Shown: positions 1 through 8,618 of the stretch, in pieces | Layout of the letters: the number at the start of each line of letters is the position of its first letter | Numbering within the stretch: position 1 is the stretch's first letter | From: Chloroflexota bacterium | Lineage (GTDB): Bacteria; Chloroflexota; Ktedonobacteria; Ktedonobacterales; Ktedonobacteraceae | Assembly (NCBI GenBank): GCA_027316975.1 | Contig: DAHVFL010000001.1 | Location: forward strand, 1 to 42,482 | Direction of reading: 5' to 3' | Length of the DNA: 42,482 bases | Notes under the pieces: model-generated | Told to the model about the DNA's origin: nothing | The model's input: only the letters and a program-made list of their open reading frames with translations | Databases searched by the model: none | Made by a program: the position numbers and the translations under genes

Positions 1-1
1 C

Positions 2-187
2 ATAGCAGCAGCAGTCATCTGCACCGAGCAATTCATCTCCTCCGCTCGCATGACCGCGCAAACCTTCGGCATGGACGGCTACCCCATCGCCGTCATCCTC
101 CACCCCATCGGTCGCGTCACCGACCAGGAACTGGACGAACGCGCCGAGGTGGCGCTGCCACAGGTGCTGGAGCTGTTGGGAAGATAA
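2..187 (+). CDS. 3' end of an unidentified protein (partial, runs off the window start)
   Basis: Frame 2 is open from the window edge to TAA at 185-187. It translates to ...FGMDGYPIAVILHPIGRVTDQELDERAEVALPQVLELLGR*. I do not recognise a family with confidence. Confidence 0.5.
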   Translation: MAAAVICTEQFISSARMTAQTFGMDGYPIAVILHPIGRVTDQELDERAEVALPQVLELLGR

Positions 188-190
188 GGA

Positions 191-260
191 TATATTCATG
201 TAGTGAGGGATATGAAGGCGACCAATTGGTCGCCTTCATATCCCTCACTACATGAATATA
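191..260. repeat. 70-bp perfect palindrome (35-bp arms), probably a terminator or REP-like element
   Basis: TATATTCATGTAGTGAGGGATATGAAGGCGACCAA / TTGGTCGCCTTCATATCCCTCACTACATGAATATA is an exact reverse complement centred on AATT. It starts 4 nt after the upstream stop codon. A T-run (TTTTTTC) follows about 10 nt downstream. Confidence 0.9.
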
Positions 261-684
261 AAGTAGAAGATTTTTTCTTTGCTATCCCCTCATCTCCATT
301 TCTCTCTTCCCCCTGTTCACTTCTCAACAATGGAACCCACTCGAAATGAAACTGCCTGTCGAAGACGGCGACAGCGCCGATAGATGTATGAGAGAGGAAT
401 ATCCGATTTCACCTTCGTGAGGATGAACTGTTTCCTCGTATCACGCGTTGCTATCTGGTCACGTCCAGGCAGCAGTCTCTCAGGCATTATTCGCGCGCCA
501 ATATTCCACTCATTGAATATTTTCGTTGAAAGTGAGGATTTTTCTCGTGAGCATTTCTGATCAACGTCTTACTCCTGCGCCACCTTTGCTGCCAGAAGCG
601 CATCCACATAAACATTCGACTCAGCATTCGATGCGCGTTGCTGCCAGGGAGCCGCAGCGCAAGAGCCGCAATCCACTGCTGAAT

Positions 685-2757
685 ATGCCGATTGCGCGGC
701 GATTAACTCTGGGCTTTCTGATTCCCGCCCTCATTGCATCTATTGCCCTGGGCACGATCGGCTTTCAGAGCGTCCAACTTCTTTCCCAGGAGTCATCGTT
801 CTACCAGGGCCTCTTGCGTACCTATACCTCTCTCACCACCGCGAAGAATGTTCTGCAACAGATGGACACCGCGGTGCAAGGGACGCTCAACGATGCATTA
901 CTACCCCAACCATCACGCGAGACCTTGCGTGAAGACCTGAACGCAGTGCGAGGATTCTCGACGCGCCTTGAGACCCTCCTCGAAAAGAATATCCAGCAAG
1001 ATGTTCTCGATCGCAGTGCCGACCTGGTGACACTCTTTACCCAGGCGGGACATAGCCGCCAGGTGGGAGAACAACGCTTCCTCTTTAATGAGACGCAGAG
1101 AACCTGGCAGGACTACCGCACCACACAGGAACAGGTGCTTGAAGAGATTGCCGCAGGCAATGCCAAAGGGGCATACATCCTGGAATATTCTCACGCAGAA
1201 CTGAACCTGACTTACACCCTGGGAGCGCTTGAGCGCCTCACCCTGTTCAACGCCAACCTGGTGACCTCAGTCCGCGATGCAACCAACGTTGAGGTAAACA
1301 GACTGGTGCTCATTACCTCACTGGCCGGGCTGGGGGTCTTGCTTGGCATTGGCATGGTGGGGTGGCTCGTCTCCAGTACCCTGGTGCGACGTTTGAGTGG
1401 ATTACGCTCGGTGGTGCAGTCGATTGAAAAGGGCCAGCTCGATGCTCGTCTGGACACGGTTGGGCGCGATGAAGTCTCCGCTGTCTCGGCAGGTGTCAAC
1501 GCCATGCTCGACACCATCATCAACGCACAGGTGATGGAAAAACTGCACAGGGAACTTCAAAGTCAGCACGAGGCGCTCAATATTGCCCATGAACATCTCA
1601 ATGAGGCCAATGCTCGCCTCGAAGCGCTGGCGACCACCGATGCCCTCACCGAATTGCCCAACCATCGTTCACTGGTCGCTACACTCGATAAGGAACTGGA
1701 GCGGGCGCAAAGCTACTATCGTTCCTGCTCCATCCTGTTTCTCGATATCGATCATTTCAAGGCCCTCAACGATGGCTACGGTCATGCGTCAGGAGACACG
1801 GTGCTGCATGAATTCGCCCGGTTGATTCGAGCACGCTTGCGGGGCATTGACACGGCTGGTCGCTGGGGAGGCGAGGAATTCGTGGCAATTCTGCCGGAAA
1901 TGACCAGAGAAGAAGCGCTGGCCTTTGCCGAGGAGATACGAATCGACGTGGCAGCCAACCTCTTCAGCGTTGGAGGCGGCACTCGCCTGACGTGTTCAAT
2001 TGGTGTGGCCAGCTATCCCACCCATGCGTCAGGACGAGAAGAACTGATGAACGCCGCTGATCAAGCAATGTACGCAGCCAAACGCCTGGGCCGCGACCAG
2101 GTGCGTAGAATCGACGACCCACTGGTACAGGCGCTCCTCTTAGAGAAAAATGAAGAGGGAGGGCGGGAAGAGTCGGCCCTGGCGGGCATCATGGCAGCCC
2201 TGAGCAGACTCGTGGAAGCTCACGATCCTTCAATAGGTCAGCACTCCTTCAAGGTCAGCGAGCTTCTGCCTGTCTTGATGCAGAACCTGGGTTTGCCTGC
2301 CGCCGAAGCGCAGATGATTGCGCTGGCCGGTCGTCTCCATGATATCGGCAAAATCTCTATCCCCGGCACCATCCTCTACAAGCCAGGGCGGCTGACGGAA
2401 GAGGAATGGGCGATCATACGCACCCATCCAGAGATCGGAGCAGAGGTTGTCAGCAGTATTCCGGTATTGCGTCCACTCGCTCCAGTAATTCGTTCGCACC
2501 ACGAGCGATGGGATGGTCAGGGGTATCCCGACCAACTTGCGGGGAAGGCGATTCCCTTTGGAGCGCGCATTATCGCGGTGGTCAATGCCTATACGGCCAT
2601 GACTGCCGATCGCCCTTATCAGAAGGCGCGCTCCCAGGCTCTGGCCCTGGAAGAGTTACAGCGTTGCGCGGGTACCCAATTCGATCCCCAGATCGTCGAG
2701 GCTATGGAGCGACTATTGCTGTCTCAGCAGTTGGCGGAGTTGGCAGAGATCGCTTGA
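685..2757 (+). CDS. Membrane sensor with HAMP-like segment, GGDEF diguanylate cyclase domain and C-terminal HD-GYP phosphodiesterase domain
   Basis: The GGDEF domain shows RWGGEEF, preceded by DIDHFKALNDGYGHASGD. The HD-GYP domain shows HDIGK and HHERWDGQGYP. An N-terminal TM helix (LTLGFLIPALIASIALGTIGF) follows the ATG at 685, and a second TM lies near LVLITSLAGLGVLLGIGMVGWLV. The ORF is open from TTG 526, with alternative starts at GTG 547 and ATG 631, so the start is uncertain. Confidence 0.85.
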   Translation: MPIARRLTLGFLIPALIASIALGTIGFQSVQLLSQESSFYQGLLRTYTSLTTAKNVLQQMDTAVQGTLNDALLPQPSRETLREDLNAVRGFSTRLETLLEKNIQQDVLDRSADLVTLFTQAGHSRQVGEQRFLFNETQRTWQDYRTTQEQVLEEIAAGNAKGAYILEYSHAELNLTYTLGALERLTLFNANLVTSVRDATNVEVNRLVLITSLAGLGVLLGIGMVGWLVSSTLVRRLSGLRSVVQSIEKGQLDARLDTVGRDEVSAVSAGVNAMLDTIINAQVMEKLHRELQSQHEALNIAHEHLNEANARLEALATTDALTELPNHRSLVATLDKELERAQSYYRSCSILFLDIDHFKALNDGYGHASGDTVLHEFARLIRARLRGIDTAGRWGGEEFVAILPEMTREEALAFAEEIRIDVAANLFSVGGGTRLTCSIGVASYPTHASGREELMNAADQAMYAAKRLGRDQVRRIDDPLVQALLLEKNEEGGREESALAGIMAALSRLVEAHDPSIGQHSFKVSELLPVLMQNLGLPAAEAQMIALAGRLHDIGKISIPGTILYKPGRLTEEEWAIIRTHPEIGAEVVSSIPVLRPLAPVIRSHHERWDGQGYPDQLAGKAIPFGARIIAVVNAYTAMTADRPYQKARSQALALEELQRCAGTQFDPQIVEAMERLLLSQQLAELAEIA

Positions 2758-2814
2758 TGGCCTACCATCCACAGGGCGAGCACTGCCAGGTGATGCCACG
2801 ACGCGAACTGCCAG

Positions 2815-3663
2815 CTACTTGCCAACTACCAGGATAAAGCCTACCATGGGAAGCGGGTAGTCGGATGCTTTGGTCAATGCCACGGCGCGGCGCGTTGTAG
2901 GATCAATCCGATCGTGGTTTCGACAGTAGTAATAGTAGAGCCCTGGCGTATCGAACAGAATAGTGATAGTCTGGCCACCAGGAACATCTTGACTTCCCGC
3001 CATGCGATGCAGGCCAGCGTCTACCGGGTTGATCGCTGCTGGCCAGTTCGGAACCTGTCCAAAGAAATGCGCGTCTTCATCGAAGTTGTGCCAGGAGATC
3101 GAAGCGGGCGAGCTGGCGGCGATAAACTCGCTCGCATATTCATCGTGACCTGCCAGGATTGAGTTGAGGGTTGCCGTTGGAAGGCCGCTGATGAGGCCCT
3201 GGACCCAGATAATCCCGTCCATCGCAATCGGAAAACCCCGGGCGTTCTTCCCTGCTGCCACACGAGAAAAAGTCCTATTCCATGTGGCCGCCGCGGTGTC
3301 GTAGTAGTGATACAGCCCGGGCTGTGCGAAGGTGAACTGAATGCTTTGCCCCGCTGCTACAGTGAGTGAGAATGATTGGAGATTCATGAAGGCGCTGCGA
3401 TCGGGGGTTGTTGTGAACACATGAGCCACGCTATCGTCGTTTTGCCATGTCACGATAGTACGAGGCTGAACCTGCAGGATAAATGGTGTAAAGAGGTCTT
3501 GAGCGCGTGGAATAGTTACACTCGCGCGTGGAGTTATTTTCGTTGCAGATGCACTACTACTCCTGACAGGAGTAGATGTGGTGCAACTCGTCGTGGTACT
3601 CAGGATACCTCCAAGAACAATGAGGACGAGCATGCTGTTCAGGCACAAACGCGCTTTTCGCAT
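2815..3663 (-). CDS. Secreted lipoprotein with two cupredoxin-like domains
   Basis: Signal/lipobox-like N-terminus MRKARLCLNSMLVLIVLGGILSTTTSC. The second domain has blue-copper-like ligand spacing (WHNFDEDAHFF ... YYYYCRNHD ... PLPM). The first domain (VTWQNDDSVAHVF ... GLYHYYD) lacks the Cys. GAAAGGA Shine-Dalgarno (SD) site upstream of the ATG at 3663. Confidence 0.55.
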   Translation of the reverse strand: MRKARLCLNSMLVLIVLGGILSTTTSCTTSTPVRSSSASATKITPRASVTIPRAQDLFTPFILQVQPRTIVTWQNDDSVAHVFTTTPDRSAFMNLQSFSLTVAAGQSIQFTFAQPGLYHYYDTAAATWNRTFSRVAAGKNARGFPIAMDGIIWVQGLISGLPTATLNSILAGHDEYASEFIAASSPASISWHNFDEDAHFFGQVPNWPAAINPVDAGLHRMAGSQDVPGGQTITILFDTPGLYYYYCRNHDRIDPTTRRAVALTKASDYPLPMVGFILVVGK

Positions 3664-3840
3664 ACAATTTCCTTTCAAGGTAGAGTGATACTAAAACTAG
3701 TATACCTTGCTGTAGAAACCGAACCGATCAACGCGGGGCCACCTCATTCTGCTGACCACACGCCCCATAAAGCCTGCATCAAGCTGCTGATACCATACCT
3801 GTAGCGTTGTTAAAGTCGCACGCGGGCCAAATTGGTCTAC

Positions 3841-4869
3841 TTACACCCGCACATACACATTCGTTTGATCATTATAACGGTACACCGCATTGCCCTTGCG
3901 GTACACCAGGTTGCCATTAGTATCGAGCGAAAGCCAGAGCAAAACACGCGCGCCGGTAGGAAGACGCAGGGGGTAACGCCAGTGGGCCAGCGAGCCGGAA
4001 CCAACCACTCCGTACAACCACGAGCCGCCATCGTCAACAATCGTATTGGGGAGCAACTGGCTACAGGATAACCCGTTATCATCGTGCGTCGCATTAACCT
4101 GGAAATCGCAGACGCGCATCGCCATACCATTAAGCGAAGCTGACACATTAGTATACGGATACGCATCGAATCCGGCTACTGCTTTGCGGGGCAACATGGC
4201 CTGCGCCCACACCCACGCACCGGCACGCACCGGCAGCGTCGTTTGTACCGATAACGCTACCTGTACCTTCGGTGCTATACGCACTTGCAAGCGGCAGCCA
4301 GTTGAACAATCGATGCCGGTCTGCTGTTGCGTTACATTGATAAGCGGAGTTGGCAAAGGCTGAAGCGTTGTGGACGGCTCAACTTTGAGAACAATGCCGC
4401 CCAGGGCTACCAGCGGGTAATGTGGAGAAAGCGTTATTACCATGCCCGGTTGTAGCGCGTGACAATTCTGACCAATCGCGCTACTCAGAGCTTTCACGGT
4501 GGCAGGATTTGAGTCGCTAAAAACCTGTCCGGCATCGGCCATGCGTACCTGCGCAGACAGGATTTCGACACAATTGTCGCCTGCCTGCACTGTATACAGC
4601 AGAGAGCCGGGCTGCGGCAAAACAGCAGGAAAGGCCGGATACGGCGTTGCAACAGGACTGGGAGGATTACCCATGTTATAGAAATAGGTCGTCAATGCTG
4701 GCAGCAGTCGCTGTCCCACGCCAGTGCCAAGGAGAAATACGGGAAACGAAATGATGAGCAGCACAGGAATGAGCAGCAACAAGCGCCAGGGTATAGCGCG
4801 CAACACAACGCGTAAATTTTCAGCAGGGGTGCTGCGCCGGTAAACGCGACCCGCCATGATTCCTCCCAT
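3841..4869 (-). CDS. Single-pass membrane protein with a LysM-like segment; function unknown
   Basis: N-terminal TM helix (WRLLLLIPVLLIISFPVFLLGTGV) followed by YTVQAGDNCVEILSAQ...LQPGMVITLSP, which fits the LysM pattern. The start could be 4869 or 4857. Confidence 0.5.
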   Translation of the reverse strand: MGGIMAGRVYRRSTPAENLRVVLRAIPWRLLLLIPVLLIISFPVFLLGTGVGQRLLPALTTYFYNMGNPPSPVATPYPAFPAVLPQPGSLLYTVQAGDNCVEILSAQVRMADAGQVFSDSNPATVKALSSAIGQNCHALQPGMVITLSPHYPLVALGGIVLKVEPSTTLQPLPTPLINVTQQQTGIDCSTGCRLQVRIAPKVQVALSVQTTLPVRAGAWVWAQAMLPRKAVAGFDAYPYTNVSASLNGMAMRVCDFQVNATHDDNGLSCSQLLPNTIVDDGGSWLYGVVGSGSLAHWRYPLRLPTGARVLLWLSLDTNGNLVYRKGNAVYRYNDQTNVYVRV

Positions 4870-5019
4870 CCCAGGTGTAGAGCAATTTCCAGTGCATATT
4901 ATAGCAACGGACGCCAGGAATTACCACCGGCATGACCCAATATGGCCTGTTCGGATAGATAAAATGTACTTTTTGACCGAAGTTACTGTATACTTGTTAC
5001 AAGTTACGCAATCTCAAGG

Positions 5020-5433
5020 ATGGTGCCGTACTTCATGCAAAACCCTGTGAAAATTCTGGTTGTCGATGATAGCCCTACCTTATGCCTCTTTATGACTCGC
5101 GCGCTTGAAAAAGCCGGCTACCGTGTAATAACCGCCTCAAATGGAAATGAAGGGTTACAAAAGACGCTTCATGAACGACCCCATTGTGTTGTTGTAGACG
5201 TGGTGCTGCCAGGCATAAGCGGTTTTAGCCTTTGCCGCCAGATCCGCTCCTTAGACCCGCAGAGGCGTATTCCTATTATTATAGTCAGCACCAAAAATAC
5301 GCCTCTCGATCATAGCTGGGGCCTGCGCCAGGGTGCCGACCGCTACCTTGCCAAACCGTTTACGGACGAAGCGCTCGTGCATACTGTCCAGGAAGTGATG
5401 CAGGCTCGTTCAATAAGAAACGGTATTCAATGA
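5020..5433 (+). CDS. Stand-alone response-regulator receiver (CheY-like) protein
   Basis: KILVVDDSPT..., the phospho-acceptor context VVVDVVLPGISG, and the conserved LAKPF near the C-terminus. No output domain. Confidence 0.85.
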   Translation: MVPYFMQNPVKILVVDDSPTLCLFMTRALEKAGYRVITASNGNEGLQKTLHERPHCVVVDVVLPGISGFSLCRQIRSLDPQRRIPIIIVSTKNTPLDHSWGLRQGADRYLAKPFTDEALVHTVQEVMQARSIRNGIQ

Positions 5434-5459
5434 TTGCCCATGCAATGAGGTTTAATCGT

Positions 5460-6443
5460 TTATCGCCCGCCCATGGTAAGAGCCATGATGGCGTTCTGGA
5501 CATGCATGCGGTTCTCGGCCTGGTCATAGACGACCGATTGCGGGCCATCGATGACGGCATCGGTCACTTCGACGCCGCGGTCGGCAGGCAAACAATGCAT
5601 GTAGAGCGCGTCTTCTTTTGCCAGCGACATCCGGCGCTCGTCGCAAATCCAGCTTTCGTACTGGCGAATGGTATCCACCATCTTTGATGTGTCCTGCACC
5701 GCTACGAGCGGCCCCCAGCTCTTGGGATACACGATATCGGCTCCGACGAAGGCCTCGTCCATATCATGCACAAGCTTGAAACTGCCGCCGGTCTTACGCG
5801 CATTGCTGGCGGCATTATCAAGAATTTCCGGCATCAATTCAAACTCAGGGGGATGAGCCAGCACCACATCAGCGCCAAACTGGGTAAACAATTCGATCAC
5901 CGACTGCGGCAGCGAGAGCGGCTTGGTGTACGATTTGGCATAGGCCCACGACATAACCACCTTCTTGCCCTTCATGTCGCCCTTTTTCTCGATACAGGTC
6001 ATCAGATCGGCCATCGCCTGGCAGGGGTGGTAGATATCGCATTGCATATTGAGAACAGGCACTTTGGCGTGTTCTGCCACTTCGCGCAGGTATGTATTGC
6101 CGTCGCCCCAATCGCAGTGACGAATGGCAATGCCATGACCATACGACGAAAGAATCTTGCCAATTTCTTTCGGTGTGTCACCATGCGAAATCTGCATTTT
6201 GTCCGGCTCAAGGAAAATAGCATGACCTCCCAGCCGCGTCATACCCGCCTCAAATGAGTTGCGAGTGCGCGTGGAAGAGAAAAAGAAGAGCATGAAGAGT
6301 GTTTTATCTTCCAGCAGCCGCGTTGGCAGGTCAAGGCCCCATTTCATTTTGAGGTCAAAGGCGAGATGAAGAACTGTTTCGAGTTCCTCTTTCGTCCATT
6401 CCTGCGTGCTGATGAAGTCTCTTCCGCGTAAATTGGTTTTCAC
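5460..6443 (-). CDS. ygeW: Carbamoyltransferase of the ATCase/OTCase superfamily, YgeW-like (non-ornithine second-substrate site)
   Basis: Carbamoyl-phosphate motif STRTRNSFE, plus HPCQ and LYMHCLPAD. The OTCase DxxxSMG loop is replaced by DIVYPKSWGP and there is no GDxxNNV motif. GTG start with an AAAGGA SD. Directly downstream of carbamate kinase. Confidence 0.8.
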   Translation of the reverse strand: MKTNLRGRDFISTQEWTKEELETVLHLAFDLKMKWGLDLPTRLLEDKTLFMLFFFSSTRTRNSFEAGMTRLGGHAIFLEPDKMQISHGDTPKEIGKILSSYGHGIAIRHCDWGDGNTYLREVAEHAKVPVLNMQCDIYHPCQAMADLMTCIEKKGDMKGKKVVMSWAYAKSYTKPLSLPQSVIELFTQFGADVVLAHPPEFELMPEILDNAASNARKTGGSFKLVHDMDEAFVGADIVYPKSWGPLVAVQDTSKMVDTIRQYESWICDERRMSLAKEDALYMHCLPADRGVEVTDAVIDGPQSVVYDQAENRMHVQNAIMALTMGGR

Positions 6444-6449
6444 GTGTCG

Positions 6450-7403
6450 TTATCCTTTCTCATCGGGAACAATCCATGTGCCGGTTTGACCGGCCAGCGC
6501 TTTACCGATAGTTTCGGGCATGGTTATCAGGGCGGCACGTCCCCCGCGTTCCAGGTATTGAATGACGGCCTGGATTTTAGGCCCCATGCTGCCTTTAGCA
6601 AAATGCCCCGCCTTATAATATTCTTTGGCCTCGCTCAAAGTGAAGCGTTCGAGATCGCGCTGGTCGGGCTTCTTGAAGTTGAGCGCGACTTTCTCTACTG
6701 CGGTTGAGATGAGCAGCAAATCGGCCTGTAACTCGCTGGCCAGCAGGCTGGAAGCCAGGTCTTTATCAATCACCGCCTCGATACCTGAGAGTTTGCCCAC
6801 GCCATCGCGCACAACCGGGACACCACCACCACCAACAGCAGCCACGATAAACCCGTTCTTGATGAGGGTATCGATGGCATCGCGCTCGATAATCTCCTCT
6901 GGCACAGGCGAGGGCACGACGCGCCGCCATCCTCGCCCGGCATCCTCGACCATCACCCAGCCTTCGCTCTTCATTTTCGCCTGGGCCTCTGCTTCTCCAT
7001 AGAATGAGCCAATCGGCTTGCTGGGAGTATGCAAGGCCGGGTCGTCGCTATGCACCCGCACCTGTGTCACCACCGTCACGCACTGGCGCGCGATGCCGCG
7101 CCGCAAAAATTCATTATGCAGCGCTTGCTGGATCATGTAGCCAATTGCGCCCTGCGTATCCGCGCCGCAGGAATCGAGCGGTACCGGGTGCAAGACGTGT
7201 CTGGAGAGTTCCGACCGCAGCAAAATAAAGCCCACCTGCGGCCCATTGCCATGCGTGACGACTACGTTCCAGCCCTGGGCAATCATCTCGGCGATATGCG
7301 TGGCTGTTTCTCGCACCGCGTCAAACTGGTCGGGTACCGTTTTGTGCGCCTCATCTTTAATGAGAGAATTCCCGCCGATAGCAACGACCGCTAATGTACT
7401 CAT
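6450..7403 (-). CDS. arcC: Carbamate kinase
   Basis: Typical N-terminus VVAIGGNSL, THGNGPQVG, and a 317-aa length. It overlaps the upstream gene by 4 nt (7400-7403). Confidence 0.9.
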   Translation of the reverse strand: MSTLAVVAIGGNSLIKDEAHKTVPDQFDAVRETATHIAEMIAQGWNVVVTHGNGPQVGFILLRSELSRHVLHPVPLDSCGADTQGAIGYMIQQALHNEFLRRGIARQCVTVVTQVRVHSDDPALHTPSKPIGSFYGEAEAQAKMKSEGWVMVEDAGRGWRRVVPSPVPEEIIERDAIDTLIKNGFIVAAVGGGGVPVVRDGVGKLSGIEAVIDKDLASSLLASELQADLLLISTAVEKVALNFKKPDQRDLERFTLSEAKEYYKAGHFAKGSMGPKIQAVIQYLERGGRAALITMPETIGKALAGQTGTWIVPDEKG

Positions 7404-8605
7404 TTACCCTCCAGGATCAAGGGGAGCATGGCATAGAAATCGGCACACTGCGCGACTTCGGCGGCTGGCACCTGGTCCAGCGAGGTATGCGCCCAGTGTT
7501 CCTCGCCGGGGCCGAAGCCAATCGAAGGTATGCCAGCCTTGCCCATCCAGTAGGTCGCATTAGTCGAAAACACCCATTTGCTTGTCTTCGCGGGACGCCT
7601 GTAGCAGGTTTCAAAGGTCGCCCTACCCGCCTGCACGAAAGGATGATCCTCCGCTAATGACCAGGCCGGGAAGATTTTTTCAACGGGAAAGGCGAAACCT
7701 GTATAGCTGGGTTCTTCGTACATTGGCACCACGATCTCGGCAAGGTGCGCGTTGGGCAGGGCGCGTAGTTCGTTCAGCACCACCTCTTTCGTCTCAACGG
7801 GATGCATACGACGATCAAGATAAAGCGAGCATTCGTCGGGTACCGCGTTGAGCGAGACGCTGTGCGTGCTCGCGCTGGTGACAGTGATCGAGCCAGGCCC
7901 CAGAAATGGGTCGGGACGTGATCTCAACTCTTCGTGCAATCGCTCGACGCCCTGGATAAAGGGAATGGCTTTGTAAAGGGCATTATCGCCGCGTTCGGGC
8001 GCGCTGGCATGACAACTGCGCCCCTTAAAAGTGACGCTGATCTCGGTGCGCCCGCGATGACCGCGATAAATCTCCATATTGGTCGATTCGCCAACCACCA
8101 CGTAATCCGGGCGAATACCCTCGTGTTCGACCAGCGCGTTACCAGAGATGCCGTCGCACCACTCTTCCATATTGCCAAAATAATAAAGCGTCCAATCTTT
8201 CGCCAGTCCAAGCTTCTTGAGCGTTGCCATGGCATAAATCATGGGAGGTGTTGAACACTTCTCATCACCCGCGCCAAGTCCGTAAATAATGCCATCCTCA
8301 AACTTACCCTCGAAGGGGTCCCACTGCCATTGCGCGGCATCAGCGATACCAACCGTGTCGATGTGGCTATCGTACAGCAACACGCGCGGGCCGTTACCGA
8401 TTCGCCCCAGAATGTTGCCCATAGCGTCGCGCCGCACCTCGTCAAAGCCAAGTTCGCTCATACGCGCCCCCACCGCATCGCCAACCGGCCCGATCTGGCT
8501 GTCATAGCTGGGAATAGCGATCAGTTGACGCAGGAACTCAATCATAGTGTCATGATGTTTCGCCAGTTCCTCTTGCACAGCAACCTGTGCGTCATGGATG
8601 TTCAT
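7400..8605 (-). CDS. ygeY: M20-family metallohydrolase, YgeY-like (the group linked to selenium-dependent Mo hydroxylase clusters)
   Basis: M20 motifs (LLYDSHIDTV, GAGDEKC, VVVGESTN), about 400 aa. The ATG at 8605 is preceded by a strong AAGGAGG SD. The longer ORF start at 8680 would overlap ssnA. Confidence 0.8.
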   Translation of the reverse strand: MNIHDAQVAVQEELAKHHDTMIEFLRQLIAIPSYDSQIGPVGDAVGARMSELGFDEVRRDAMGNILGRIGNGPRVLLYDSHIDTVGIADAAQWQWDPFEGKFEDGIIYGLGAGDEKCSTPPMIYAMATLKKLGLAKDWTLYYFGNMEEWCDGISGNALVEHEGIRPDYVVVGESTNMEIYRGHRGRTEISVTFKGRSCHASAPERGDNALYKAIPFIQGVERLHEELRSRPDPFLGPGSITVTSASTHSVSLNAVPDECSLYLDRRMHPVETKEVVLNELRALPNAHLAEIVVPMYEEPSYTGFAFPVEKIFPAWSLAEDHPFVQAGRATFETCYRRPAKTSKWVFSTNATYWMGKAGIPSIGFGPGEEHWAHTSLDQVPAAEVAQCADFYAMLPLILEGK

Positions 8606-8618
8606 AAAATATCCTCCT

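Noticed and set aside
526-684. N-terminal 53-aa extension of the GGDEF/HD-GYP protein
   Set aside because: It is low-complexity, Pro/His/Arg-rich sequence upstream of an ATG that is immediately followed by the first TM helix. It is kept only as an alternative start.
5460-7403. Carbamoyltransferase plus carbamate kinase as an arginine deiminase (arcABC) pathway
   Set aside because: No arcA-like gene is present. The transferase lacks the ornithine-binding SMG and GDxxNNV loops (it has YPKSWG instead). It sits with YgeY-like and SsnA-like genes.
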